The notes beneath the pieces are model-generated. The model searched no databases and had not been told where the DNA came from. It saw nothing but the letters and a program-made list of their open reading frames with translations. From the NCBI GenBank assembly GCA_947168565.1, contig CAMVMM010000010.1, forward strand, positions 9,278 through 73,277: DNA of 64,000 nucleotides, read 5' to 3'. Positions 42,393 to 50,861 of this stretch are shown here, piece by piece. This DNA comes from an uncultured Clostridia bacterium (GTDB lineage: Bacteria > Bacillota > Clostridia > Christensenellales > CAG-138). Numbering within the stretch: the first letter of the stretch is position 1; the number at the start of each line of letters is the position of its first letter. Both the position numbers and the translations under genes were made by a program.

Positions 42393-44087
42393 ATGAAGAT
42401 CTCGAAAAAAACGAAAAGGCTGCTCTCCCTCATCCTCGCGGCTGCGCTTATCGTGTGCGCACTTCCGGCTTTTGCCTCAAACGAAGGAAAAGCCGCGCTG
42501 TCGATGCGAAAAAACGGCGCTTTGGATGCGGCGAATCTGAACGAGGCGCTGAACATTCCGGGCGGAAGCCTCGCCTTCCAAACGAGCTCGGATTACCCCT
42601 GGGTGGTTGACGGCGATATTGCCGTAAGCACCAATTCCGGCGTGCCCTCCAGCACGTCATCGGTGTGGACGAATATCACCGCCGCGGAAGGGGATATGCT
42701 CTGGTTCGATTTCTGGTCCCTCGGAGAGGGCACGGAGTATTTCTTCGACGGCCTTCAGCTTATTATCGACGGCAGCGTGCAGGCCCAATGGGGGCAGACG
42801 CAGAGCTGGGCAAGCTACATCTGCCCGCTCGCACCTGGTGCGCACGAGATACGCTTTACCTATTTTAAAGATTACAGCGTGGATGAGATCTACGACCTTG
42901 CCATGCTCGATAACGTGTACGTCGGGCCGCCGATAATGCCCGAATCCATCACGGTTCTCCCCGTAAGCGTTCCGGTCGGCAAAAGGGCAAACCTGAATTA
43001 TACCGTGCTGCCCGAGTACGCGCATGATATAAGCTGCGATTTTTCCGTGGAAAACTCGGCTGTTGCCTCCGTGGATGAAAACGGCGTTATAACCGGCGTG
43101 TCGGTCGGCAGCACCACCGTCACCGTCACAAGCCGCGCGAACCCTTCCGTTTACGGCACGGCGAGCGTTACGGTCACGGAGGCGGTGAGCTCCGTGGAGC
43201 TCGAGGGCTTCGCGCTGATGGATTTTGATTCAGATAATCTGACAGGCAATTGGATAAGATTTTTCGACCACGACCCCTCGTTCGTTGAAGCCACGGCGAA
43301 CATGGGCAAGGATACCTACGGCGCGGCGTATTATAACGGGAATGTGTACGGCTATCTGTATGATGCGAACGATACGCGCTTTTTCGTGATGGATGCCGAA
43401 ACGCATGAGATCACCTATCCCGGCGCAAGCAGCGGGGCCGACGTATGGGTGCGCGCCATGGCGTACAACTATGCGAACGACACCATGTATGCAATAGTGA
43501 ACAATTCGCTTGCGGCGGTGGATCTTTCCACCGGCGGGCTGAGCGTGATAGCGAATCTCAGCGGCGCGGTGGACGACGTGATGACCTTTGCGATAGACGG
43601 CGAGGGCAACGCCTACGGTTTGACGCTCAATTCGCTTCAAACCACGCTCGTTCGCATAGATCTTGAAACCGCCGTATGCACCGCGATAGGCGGGCTGGGC
43701 GCGGGCCTGAACTTTGCGCAGAGCATGACCTGGGATCACGGCACAAACAGGCTTTACTGGGCGCATGAGCTGGACGTTTCGGACAGCGGGCTGTATATTA
43801 TCGACGTCGACACCCTCGAGCTTACGAGCTGCGGCACCATCGGCAGGCAGGGTATGGAGATCTCCTGCCTTTTCACCACGAGCGAGCCGGGCGGCGGCGC
43901 GCTTGCGGGCGATGCGGATCTGAACGGCAGCGTCAGCATAGCGGACGCGATCCTCGCCCTGCGCCACGCGATGGGCCTCAGCCAGCTTTCGGGTCAGGGC
44001 TTCATCAATGCGGACGTGGATAATAACGGCTCCGTTACCACCGCGGACGCAATAATGATACTGCGCATGGCGATGGGATTGGCGTAA
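42393..44087 (+). CDS. secreted protein: jelly-roll-like N-module + Big_2 Ig-like domain + propeller-like region + dockerin
   Basis: Signal peptide. Big_2-like ITVLPVSVPVGKRANLNYTVLP...VTGVSVGSTTVTVTS. C-terminal GDADLNGSVSIADAILALRHAMGL / ADVDNNGSVTTADAIMILRMAMGLA. Confidence 0.85.
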   Translation: MKISKKTKRLLSLILAAALIVCALPAFASNEGKAALSMRKNGALDAANLNEALNIPGGSLAFQTSSDYPWVVDGDIAVSTNSGVPSSTSSVWTNITAAEGDMLWFDFWSLGEGTEYFFDGLQLIIDGSVQAQWGQTQSWASYICPLAPGAHEIRFTYFKDYSVDEIYDLAMLDNVYVGPPIMPESITVLPVSVPVGKRANLNYTVLPEYAHDISCDFSVENSAVASVDENGVITGVSVGSTTVTVTSRANPSVYGTASVTVTEAVSSVELEGFALMDFDSDNLTGNWIRFFDHDPSFVEATANMGKDTYGAAYYNGNVYGYLYDANDTRFFVMDAETHEITYPGASSGADVWVRAMAYNYANDTMYAIVNNSLAAVDLSTGGLSVIANLSGAVDDVMTFAIDGEGNAYGLTLNSLQTTLVRIDLETAVCTAIGGLGAGLNFAQSMTWDHGTNRLYWAHELDVSDSGLYIIDVDTLELTSCGTIGRQGMEISCLFTTSEPGGGALAGDADLNGSVSIADAILALRHAMGLSQLSGQGFINADVDNNGSVTTADAIMILRMAMGLA

Positions 44088-44141
44088 AGGAAAACTTGCT
44101 TTCCTGCGGAAAATGATGCGCGCCTTTGGCGCGTTGTGGTT

Positions 44142-44173
44142 GAAATGCCGCCGAGTGCGGCATTTCTTCTTTT
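44142..44173 (+). terminator. intrinsic terminator
   Basis: GAAATGCCGC-cgagt-GCGGCATTTC, then TTCTTTT. Confidence 0.75.
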
Positions 44174-44215
44174 AAAAAATATTAAACGAGGTTAATCGAA
44201 GAAACGGACAGAATT

Positions 44216-44278
44216 GGAGGAACAGAAAAGAAAAGAGAAAGAGAGAAAAGAAAAGGGAAAGATAGAAGAAAAAAGAAA
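44216..44278. repeat. 63-nt polypurine/polypyrimidine tract (two interruptions)
   Basis: GGAGGAACAGAAAAGAAAAGAGAAAGAGAGAAAAGAAAAGGGAAAGATAGAAGAAAAAAGAAA, between convergent genes. Confidence 0.9.
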
Positions 44279-44313
44279 CAGCGCAGAGGCAGGAGCCGCA
44301 GCGTATCATATTC

Positions 44314-45585
44314 CTAAATACTCTTTTCGCTGTTCACAAGGCGGGCGAGCGCTTCGCCGGCAGCGGCAACGTCCTCGGCGGTTATCTCCTGCGCGGAATA
44401 GCGAGCCTTAATATAGAGCGCGCGCAGAGCCTCGTCCGTTTCGCCATATAGCACGGGGCGCGAAAGGCCGGAAATATCGCCGCTGGTATCCGCAGAGGTT
44501 CTCGTTATGCCCCTGACGCGCAAAAAATCGAGGTAGCGGCGGTAGATGCCGCGAATCGCGTCCGCATTGGTCTTTTCCGCGCGGGCGCTTCTTCTGCGTA
44601 GCCTTGTGAACAGGCGCGGCCTTTGCGCGGGAAGGGCTTCGCCGCGCTCCGGGGAGGTATCGTCAAGGAAGGTGCGCTCGTGCTTTTTTGCCCTTAAAAG
44701 CCGGATAATAAGCGCCGTAAGCACCACGGCGGCAATAAGCGCTATTGCCACAGCCGTCCAGTTTATCGATTTCAGATCCACAAGCGGCGCAAAGCCCGCG
44801 TCCTCGGGAAGCGAGCCGGGATGGACGGGCTCCGGTTCGGCGGGGGAGGCGGATGCGTCCGGCGTCGGCTCCGGCGTTGGCGCGAAGTCGGCTTCAAACT
44901 CCTTGAAGGGCGCAAGCAGCGTTCCCAAAAGCTTCGTTATAAGCGAAATAAGCAGCATTATGGGATAAATCAGCGCGGCGAAAATACTTGAAAGATACGG
45001 CGCGATGAGCGTCAGCAGCACGCCGAGCACCGCGCCCGCAAGTATCGCCGCCAGATACCAGCCAATGATGCCGCCCTGCCACCGTGCGGAGCGAATATTT
45101 CCGGCGCGAAGGGTGCGCAGGGAGAGAAAGCCGAAAAAGAAGAAGCCGGCGGCAAAGGCAATGCCGGCAATATAGCTTGCCCGCCAGCCATCATCCGTGA
45201 GGTTTGGGGAATAGGAAAGCAGCGTATATGCGCTTACCACCGTTACGGCAGCGGCGACGGGCTTGAAGGTGCGTAAACAGCGCCACGCCTCGCCGTAAAA
45301 CCTGCCGAACGCAAGATAGATGCTGCAGCACACAAGCGGTATTCCCGCAGTGATGACGGATGAAAGCGAGGAAAACAGCGTCAGCGCGCAATAGGGAAGA
45401 AGCGAGATCAGGAGCCGCAGCGCCGCTTTTTCAACCTGCACCGCAGCAAGGCACGCGGGAAGCGCAAGCAGCACTATCGCCCCGCAGAGCGGGTAATCCG
45501 CCGCAGGCATGAGCCGCATAAGCACTGCAGGTATGAAATACGCGCACATATACGAAACAAGGCGAAACGCCGCTGAATTTCTCAT
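44314..45585 (-). CDS. polytopic membrane protein with C-terminal DUF4129-like domain (paralog B)
   Basis: About 8 TM segments, then a cytoplasmic tail IRGIYRRYLDFLRVRGI...ALRALYIKARYS (DUF4129-type). Paralogous to the next gene. Confidence 0.8.
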   Translation of the reverse strand: MRNSAAFRLVSYMCAYFIPAVLMRLMPAADYPLCGAIVLLALPACLAAVQVEKAALRLLISLLPYCALTLFSSLSSVITAGIPLVCCSIYLAFGRFYGEAWRCLRTFKPVAAAVTVVSAYTLLSYSPNLTDDGWRASYIAGIAFAAGFFFFGFLSLRTLRAGNIRSARWQGGIIGWYLAAILAGAVLGVLLTLIAPYLSSIFAALIYPIMLLISLITKLLGTLLAPFKEFEADFAPTPEPTPDASASPAEPEPVHPGSLPEDAGFAPLVDLKSINWTAVAIALIAAVVLTALIIRLLRAKKHERTFLDDTSPERGEALPAQRPRLFTRLRRRSARAEKTNADAIRGIYRRYLDFLRVRGITRTSADTSGDISGLSRPVLYGETDEALRALYIKARYSAQEITAEDVAAAGEALARLVNSEKSI

Positions 45586-45696
45586 GCCCGCTCCTTTCGC
45601 TGCCCTTTACCGCCCGCAAAAAAATGCCAAAACCAAAAGCGCGGGGGCTGCGCATTTGCAGTGATTTGAAATAAAACTTATTAAAACGGCGCATTA

Positions 45697-46959
45697 TCAT
45701 GAATCGTTTCCGCGCCGATTCTCTCTGGCCGTGATCCGATCGAACGCCCGCTCCGCAAGGGAAACCTCCTCGTCGGAAAGCTCCTCCTCGTTGTACCGCG
45801 CTCTGAGGTACAGCGCGCGCAGAAGCGCGTCCGGCTCCTCATCCAAAAGCATTTCGCTTGAGCGCTCCGAAAGCTCAAGGCTCGTGGTGCTGACGCCGGT
45901 AGAGATGCCGTTCATGCGCAAAAACGCGATGTAGCGGCGGTAGAGCTCGCGCACCTTATCGGCGTTTCCAAAGCCCTTTTTCTTTTTGCTGCGGCGGGAG
46001 GCGGAGCCGTTTTCAAGCCGCTCATGCTCCTTTATGCTGTCGTCATCTATAAGCTCCGCCGCCCTTTTCCTGCGGCCCTTTTTTATAAGCAGCACGGCGA
46101 GCACGGCGGCAAGCGCGGCGCCGATTGCGGCGATAAGCAGGAGCGGGATCCGGCGCGCTTGATCCCCGTCGACCCTTTTTTGAGGGGACGTGGAGGAGGG
46201 GGCGTATTCCCATTCATCGTCCGCCATGGGCGCGGCGGTGCTCATGTGGATGGGCAGATGGTCTATCGGAATGGGGGTGGTGGAGGGGCGCGGCTGACGC
46301 TCCGCGGTGGAGCAGCTTGCTATCCTTGAAGCAAGGCTCTCTATCGGCGTTTTAAAATCCGTATTGCGCATAAACGAGCCAAGCCCGATGCCCGCGGCTA
46401 TGCCGAGCGCAAGGGGCAGCGCCAAAAAGCCGATGTTGCCCGCCTGCCAGCGCGCGCTTTTTATATTGCCGGCGCGAGCGCAGCGCAGCGCAAGCAGCCC
46501 CAGCGCTATCGCCGCGATGAGGAAAACCATGAACGCGCTTTTTGCCGCGTCCTTCGGATGGGTCAGATGCGCGTAGGCGTAGAATATGAAAAGGGAAACC
46601 GCGAAAAGCAACGCAAGCAGCGCGGCGATCCATTTAAACTCGCTCAAATAGCGCCACGCGGGAATATCGAACCTTGCGGCGATCATGGAGGCCGCCGAAT
46701 AAACGCAGATCACGGAGGCGACTATCAGCGCGGCGGGCGTTTTGGGCACGAGCAGCAGCCCCGCGAAGGGCAGCAGCGCGAAAAGGACGCGCAGAAGGGT
46801 GTTTTCCGTATGCGCCGCAAGGAGCGAGGCAATCAGTATCAGCGCCGTGACCGCGAAAAAGCCGATGCAGCTATCCTGCATCAGCGGGGGAATGAGCGCG
46901 GCGGCGCAGAAATACACGCAGGCGTGTATCGTAAGGCGGAAAGCGGCGGCGTTTCTCAT
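45697..46959 (-). CDS. polytopic membrane protein with C-terminal DUF4129-like domain (paralog A)
   Basis: Same architecture. Shared N-terminus MRN(A/S)AAFRL, and VRELYRRYIAFLRMNGI...LLRALYLRARYN. Its start overlaps the DUF58 stop by 4 nt. Confidence 0.8.
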   Translation of the reverse strand: MRNAAAFRLTIHACVYFCAAALIPPLMQDSCIGFFAVTALILIASLLAAHTENTLLRVLFALLPFAGLLLVPKTPAALIVASVICVYSAASMIAARFDIPAWRYLSEFKWIAALLALLFAVSLFIFYAYAHLTHPKDAAKSAFMVFLIAAIALGLLALRCARAGNIKSARWQAGNIGFLALPLALGIAAGIGLGSFMRNTDFKTPIESLASRIASCSTAERQPRPSTTPIPIDHLPIHMSTAAPMADDEWEYAPSSTSPQKRVDGDQARRIPLLLIAAIGAALAAVLAVLLIKKGRRKRAAELIDDDSIKEHERLENGSASRRSKKKKGFGNADKVRELYRRYIAFLRMNGISTGVSTTSLELSERSSEMLLDEEPDALLRALYLRARYNEEELSDEEVSLAERAFDRITARENRRGNDS

Positions 46960-48002
46960 GCTTCGCCGCCTCCCCCCGTAAGCACGCAGACGCTTGCCCC
47001 CGCGCGCTCCCTGAGCCTTCGCGCAAGCAGGTCTATCTCCTCGTCCGCAGCAGGCGCGATTATTATATAGCCCTTGCTCGAATTGCCCTTTGATACGCGC
47101 TCCACGATGTATGAAAACGGATGGTAGCGAACGAACTGCGATATGCCGATCCTGCGCTGTATCTCAAAGCAATGCGTCCTGCCCACGCCCTTATCGGTGG
47201 AGAAAAGATCGCCGTTTGAATGCAGCGCGTAGGGTATCTTCCGCTCCTCCAGCCAGTCGCAGGCGGTGCGGATGAGCGAAAAGCAGCGCTCCTGCGTTTC
47301 CCTGCCTGCCCGCTCTATATCCACTATCACGGACACGTCCGTATCCATGGTAAAATCATGCTTTTTAACCGTTAAAACGCCGGTTTTGGCGGTCTGCGTC
47401 CATGAAATGCTTTTCAGCGGCTCGGCGCCGGTGTATTCGCGGTAGCCCAGCACCAGGCTCGGATCCTCGTTTATAAAGCGGCGCACGGACACGTCCCCCA
47501 TAAGCCCGCCCAGCGCGATAATATCCGGCTCATCCTCGCAGGGGGCGGCGGTGCAGATAACGCGCCCCGCTATATCATAGGAAGTGACCTTGGTCTTCAG
47601 CCCCAGAAAATCCCCGACCTCGACGTAGACCCTGCCTATATCGTGATGCCCGCGCTCCTTCAGGCAGAAGCGTATGCGCCCCTTTACGGCGGAGCGGGCG
47701 GGCAGATAGGTGTCCACCGTATAGGACTTGCTGAAAAAATCGCCCGTGTGATGGCGAAGCATCCATTCCTCGCTTTCGCGCACCTCCACCGCCTCGCTGA
47801 AGGTGAAGGAAAAGCTGACGAACATCATCGGCCAGCGCGCGGTGTTGCTAAGGCGGTAGCTGAGCGTTGCCACCTCGCCCGGTTCGGTAAGATCCATATT
47901 CGCCTCGCAGCGGAAAGCAAGGTGCCGCAGATTGAATTTCAGGCTCAGCACCTCAAGCAGGATGAACACAAGTATTACACATATCGCTATCGCAATCAGC
48001 AT
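46956..48002 (-). CDS. DUF58 domain protein (vWA-like partner of MoxR)
   Basis: N-terminal TM segment. LGYREYTGAEPLKSISWTQTAKTGVLTVKKH matches the DUF58 core motif (REY..GD....I.W..SA). Confidence 0.85.
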   Translation of the reverse strand: MLIAIAICVILVFILLEVLSLKFNLRHLAFRCEANMDLTEPGEVATLSYRLSNTARWPMMFVSFSFTFSEAVEVRESEEWMLRHHTGDFFSKSYTVDTYLPARSAVKGRIRFCLKERGHHDIGRVYVEVGDFLGLKTKVTSYDIAGRVICTAAPCEDEPDIIALGGLMGDVSVRRFINEDPSLVLGYREYTGAEPLKSISWTQTAKTGVLTVKKHDFTMDTDVSVIVDIERAGRETQERCFSLIRTACDWLEERKIPYALHSNGDLFSTDKGVGRTHCFEIQRRIGISQFVRYHPFSYIVERVSKGNSSKGYIIIAPAADEEIDLLARRLRERAGASVCVLTGGGGEA

Positions 48003-48058
48003 GGGGTTCTCCCTTTTTATTGCGGAACATTATTGCGGAATTTGCAAAAAGCCCGCGC

Positions 48059-48994
48059 TTATTCGAGCGGAACGGGCAGCTCCTCAAGCAGCCCCTCAAT
48101 ACAGGCGGCGGCGCTGAGATGCTTTCCCGAAAGGGTGGAAACGCGGTGCGCAAGCACGGGCACGGCAAGCTTTTTCACGTCCTCCGGAATAACGTAGCTT
48201 CTGCCCTCCATCGCGGCAAGTATCTGGCATGCCTTGTATAGCGCGATAGAGCCGCGCGCGGAAACGCCGTAATTCAGCTTGTCGCTCCGCCTTGTGGCGG
48301 TGATGATGCTCATAAGATAGTTCAGCACGTCGTCCTTCACCTCCACGCTGCGGTACCCGGCGCGAAGCGCGGCAAGCTCCTCGTGCGTGATAACGGGGGA
48401 GAGGGAGTCGATGATATTCTTCGTGTCCTCGCGCCGCAAAACCTGCTTTTCCTGCTCCTCGCTCATATAGCCCAGCGAAAGCTTCATCAAAAAGCGGTCG
48501 AGCTGCGCCTCGGGCAGCGGGAAGGTGCCGTAGGATTCCACGGGGTTTTGAGTCGCCATCACGATATAGGGCTCGTCAAGCCTGAAGGTCTCGCCGTCCA
48601 CGGAGATCTGCCTTTCCTCCATCACCTCAAGCAGCGCGCTCTGGCTCCTCGGCACGGCGCGGTTTATCTCGTCCGCCAGCACGACGTTTGCAAAAAGCGG
48701 GCCGCGCCTGAACTCGAATTCGCCCTTTTTCTGGTCGTAAAAATGTATGCCCGTAAGGTCGCTGGGCAAAATATCCGGCGTGAACTGAATGCGCTTGAAA
48801 TCGCCGCCGATGCTCCTTGCGAAGGCGCGCAGAAGCATGGTTTTGCCCGTGCCGGGAAGGTCCTCAAGCAGCACGTGGCCGCCCGCCACAAGGCAGATGC
48901 CGATATTCTTGATGGCGTCGTCCTTGCCGATTATGACCTTTCCGCAGTTATTCAAAAGCTTTTTTGCATACGCGGTGAAAATATTGGTGTTCAT
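48059..48994 (-). CDS. MoxR-family AAA+ ATPase
   Basis: GHVLLEDLPGTGKTMLLRAFA (Walker A), VLADEINRAVPRSQSALLEVMEE, ATQNPVE. Confidence 0.93.
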   Translation of the reverse strand: MNTNIFTAYAKKLLNNCGKVIIGKDDAIKNIGICLVAGGHVLLEDLPGTGKTMLLRAFARSIGGDFKRIQFTPDILPSDLTGIHFYDQKKGEFEFRRGPLFANVVLADEINRAVPRSQSALLEVMEERQISVDGETFRLDEPYIVMATQNPVESYGTFPLPEAQLDRFLMKLSLGYMSEEQEKQVLRREDTKNIIDSLSPVITHEELAALRAGYRSVEVKDDVLNYLMSIITATRRSDKLNYGVSARGSIALYKACQILAAMEGRSYVIPEDVKKLAVPVLAHRVSTLSGKHLSAAACIEGLLEELPVPLE

Positions 48995-49156
48995 GCCTGC
49001 CTCCGATTACACGATGGATTGATTCACGTTCGGTATAGGATACATTATATCACACGGAGGAAGGATAGGCAATAGGGAAGGCAGCGCTTTGGGCACGGCG
49101 CATGAAAATAAGGCAATACAGCATTAAATAATATATAAAAATTGGCAGTTTTGCTC

Positions 49157-49185
49157 TTGCACTTTCTTTTAGAAAAAGGTATAAT
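49157..49185 (+). promoter_or_regulatory. sigma-A type promoter
   Basis: TTGCAC - 17 nt - TATAAT, 57 nt upstream of ATG 49243. Confidence 0.55.
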
Positions 49186-49242
49186 TCGCGTGCAGATCCA
49201 GGCACGTGTCAATTTCAACAATCTAATCAGGAGGTCTTTCTT

Positions 49243-50673
49243 ATGAAAAAACACAGCACCCTTAAAGCCGCCCTCGCGGCCGTCCTCGCAGCGCTGATGG
49301 CGTTTGCGGTTTTCCCTGTCTCGGCAATGCCGAGCCTTGAAACGGAAAATACGGCGAATAATGTTGAGCCCTACTGGACCGTTCCGGAGGGATATGATCC
49401 GTATGATTACAATAAGTGCGCCGCCTTCCTTGAACAGGCGGATGTAAACGGAGTAAAGAACGGACAGAAGCTGAATCCGAACTACGATCCTAACGATCCG
49501 GACACTTGGGTTGCGGGCTCGTTTTCCTTGATTGATGAAAACGATCTTTATGATGAAAGCGGCTGGAGAGAGTGGTTCAACCCCGATGGTGGCGGTATTC
49601 AGTGCCCGATGCATATGCTTTATGACGAAATTCAGATCGGCTTTGGCTGGTATGACTGTGGGTATTATGCGGGTGGCGTCAAGCATGTCAGAACCATTGT
49701 GATCCCCATCTTAGGTCGTATTTATGAGAAAAACGGCCGAAATAATCCATACATAAATGAGGAGACGGACTGGGATCTTGCAGGAAGCATGGATTTCAGC
49801 GGCATGGAATGGTTGAACAATTTCATCGTTCACAGCGTATATGGCCGCGAAGGATATACTTGCTATGAGGCTATAAACTCGATAGATCTGTCAAATTGCG
49901 ATCAGCTTAGCGTGGTGTGCTGCCTGGATAGCAGCGTGACCGAGCTGAATCTTGCCGGTGATCGAAATATCCTTTGGCTCGACTGCTATTTGAGCGGCAT
50001 TGAGGGCGGGCTTGATATTTCTGCGTTGGAAGAATCAAATTCAAGCACCCCGCATTTGGACTATCTGAATATTATGGGCATGGCGCTCACGGAGTTTGAA
50101 TTCCCGCATATTGGTATAGAGAACTTGAGGTGCGGAGGGAACTTTTTTGATTCGCTGGATCTTTCCAATCTTACTTATCTACATGAATTCTGGGATAATT
50201 TTGATGGTCCGGATTGGGATTCTGATTACCTGGGACTTCAGGAGTTAAAGTACTGCGGCCGCATCTGCCGCGTTGAGGGGAATGGAAACATACATCGTGT
50301 GGAATATTTGTATAGCGAGATCGAGGAATGCTGGTTCAATGATAGTATTTCGGTCATCAGCTATGATTCAACCGACTTTGCCGGATGGTACGATGAGAGC
50401 GGAAATCTGCTTTGCGAGCAGACCACACTCTATTTTGATGAAGGCGCAACCGGTGTGTTTATCGCAAAATTCGTATCGGAGGAGGAGCCCATCCCCGGCG
50501 ACGTGGACGGCGACGGCGAGGTCACCGCGCTGGACGCGCTTTCGATAATGCGCCTGCTTGTGAGCGAAACGGACGGCAGCGATATGAACGTGGACGCCGC
50601 CGATATGAACGGCGACGGCGTGGTGGATATTCTGGACGCGCTGCTCGCGCTGCGCATGGCTATCGGCGCGTAA
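49243..50673 (+). CDS. secreted leucine-rich-repeat protein with C-terminal dockerin
   Basis: Signal peptide. LRR-like units (IDLSNCDQLSVVCCLDSSVTELNLAGDRNILWLDC..., LDLSNLTYLHEF). GDVDGDGEVTALDALSIMRLLV / ADMNGDGVVDILDALLALRMAIGA. Confidence 0.82.
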   Translation: MKKHSTLKAALAAVLAALMAFAVFPVSAMPSLETENTANNVEPYWTVPEGYDPYDYNKCAAFLEQADVNGVKNGQKLNPNYDPNDPDTWVAGSFSLIDENDLYDESGWREWFNPDGGGIQCPMHMLYDEIQIGFGWYDCGYYAGGVKHVRTIVIPILGRIYEKNGRNNPYINEETDWDLAGSMDFSGMEWLNNFIVHSVYGREGYTCYEAINSIDLSNCDQLSVVCCLDSSVTELNLAGDRNILWLDCYLSGIEGGLDISALEESNSSTPHLDYLNIMGMALTEFEFPHIGIENLRCGGNFFDSLDLSNLTYLHEFWDNFDGPDWDSDYLGLQELKYCGRICRVEGNGNIHRVEYLYSEIEECWFNDSISVISYDSTDFAGWYDESGNLLCEQTTLYFDEGATGVFIAKFVSEEEPIPGDVDGDGEVTALDALSIMRLLVSETDGSDMNVDAADMNGDGVVDILDALLALRMAIGA

Positions 50674-50723
50674 TGAGCGAAGCTCGGGCTGTTTTGATAA
50701 ATAAAAACCGCTTATGAAAACGG

Positions 50724-50760
50724 GGAAGCGCTTCGATGGGGGCGCTTCCTTTGTCTTTTT
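50724..50760 (+). terminator. intrinsic terminator
   Basis: GGAAGCGC-ttcgatgggg-GCGCTTCC, then TTTGTCTTTTT. Confidence 0.75.
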
Positions 50761-50803
50761 GACGAGCAGCTGCTATATATTTTTAAATCTACAATACGAT
50801 TGT

Positions 50804-50832
50804 TTGACAGCCCGCCCGCAGGGTGGTATTAT
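50804..50832 (+). promoter_or_regulatory. sigma-A type promoter (extended -10)
   Basis: TTGACA - 17 nt (ending TGG) - TATTAT. Confidence 0.6.
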
Positions 50833-50861
50833 TAGAAATATATCAAACTCAGGAGGCATTT

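Noticed and set aside
49045-49686. 213-aa minus-strand ORF overlapping the promoter and 5' end of the LRR-dockerin gene.
   Set aside because: It is antisense to a gene with a clear promoter, RBS and signal peptide. Its translation has no recognisable features.
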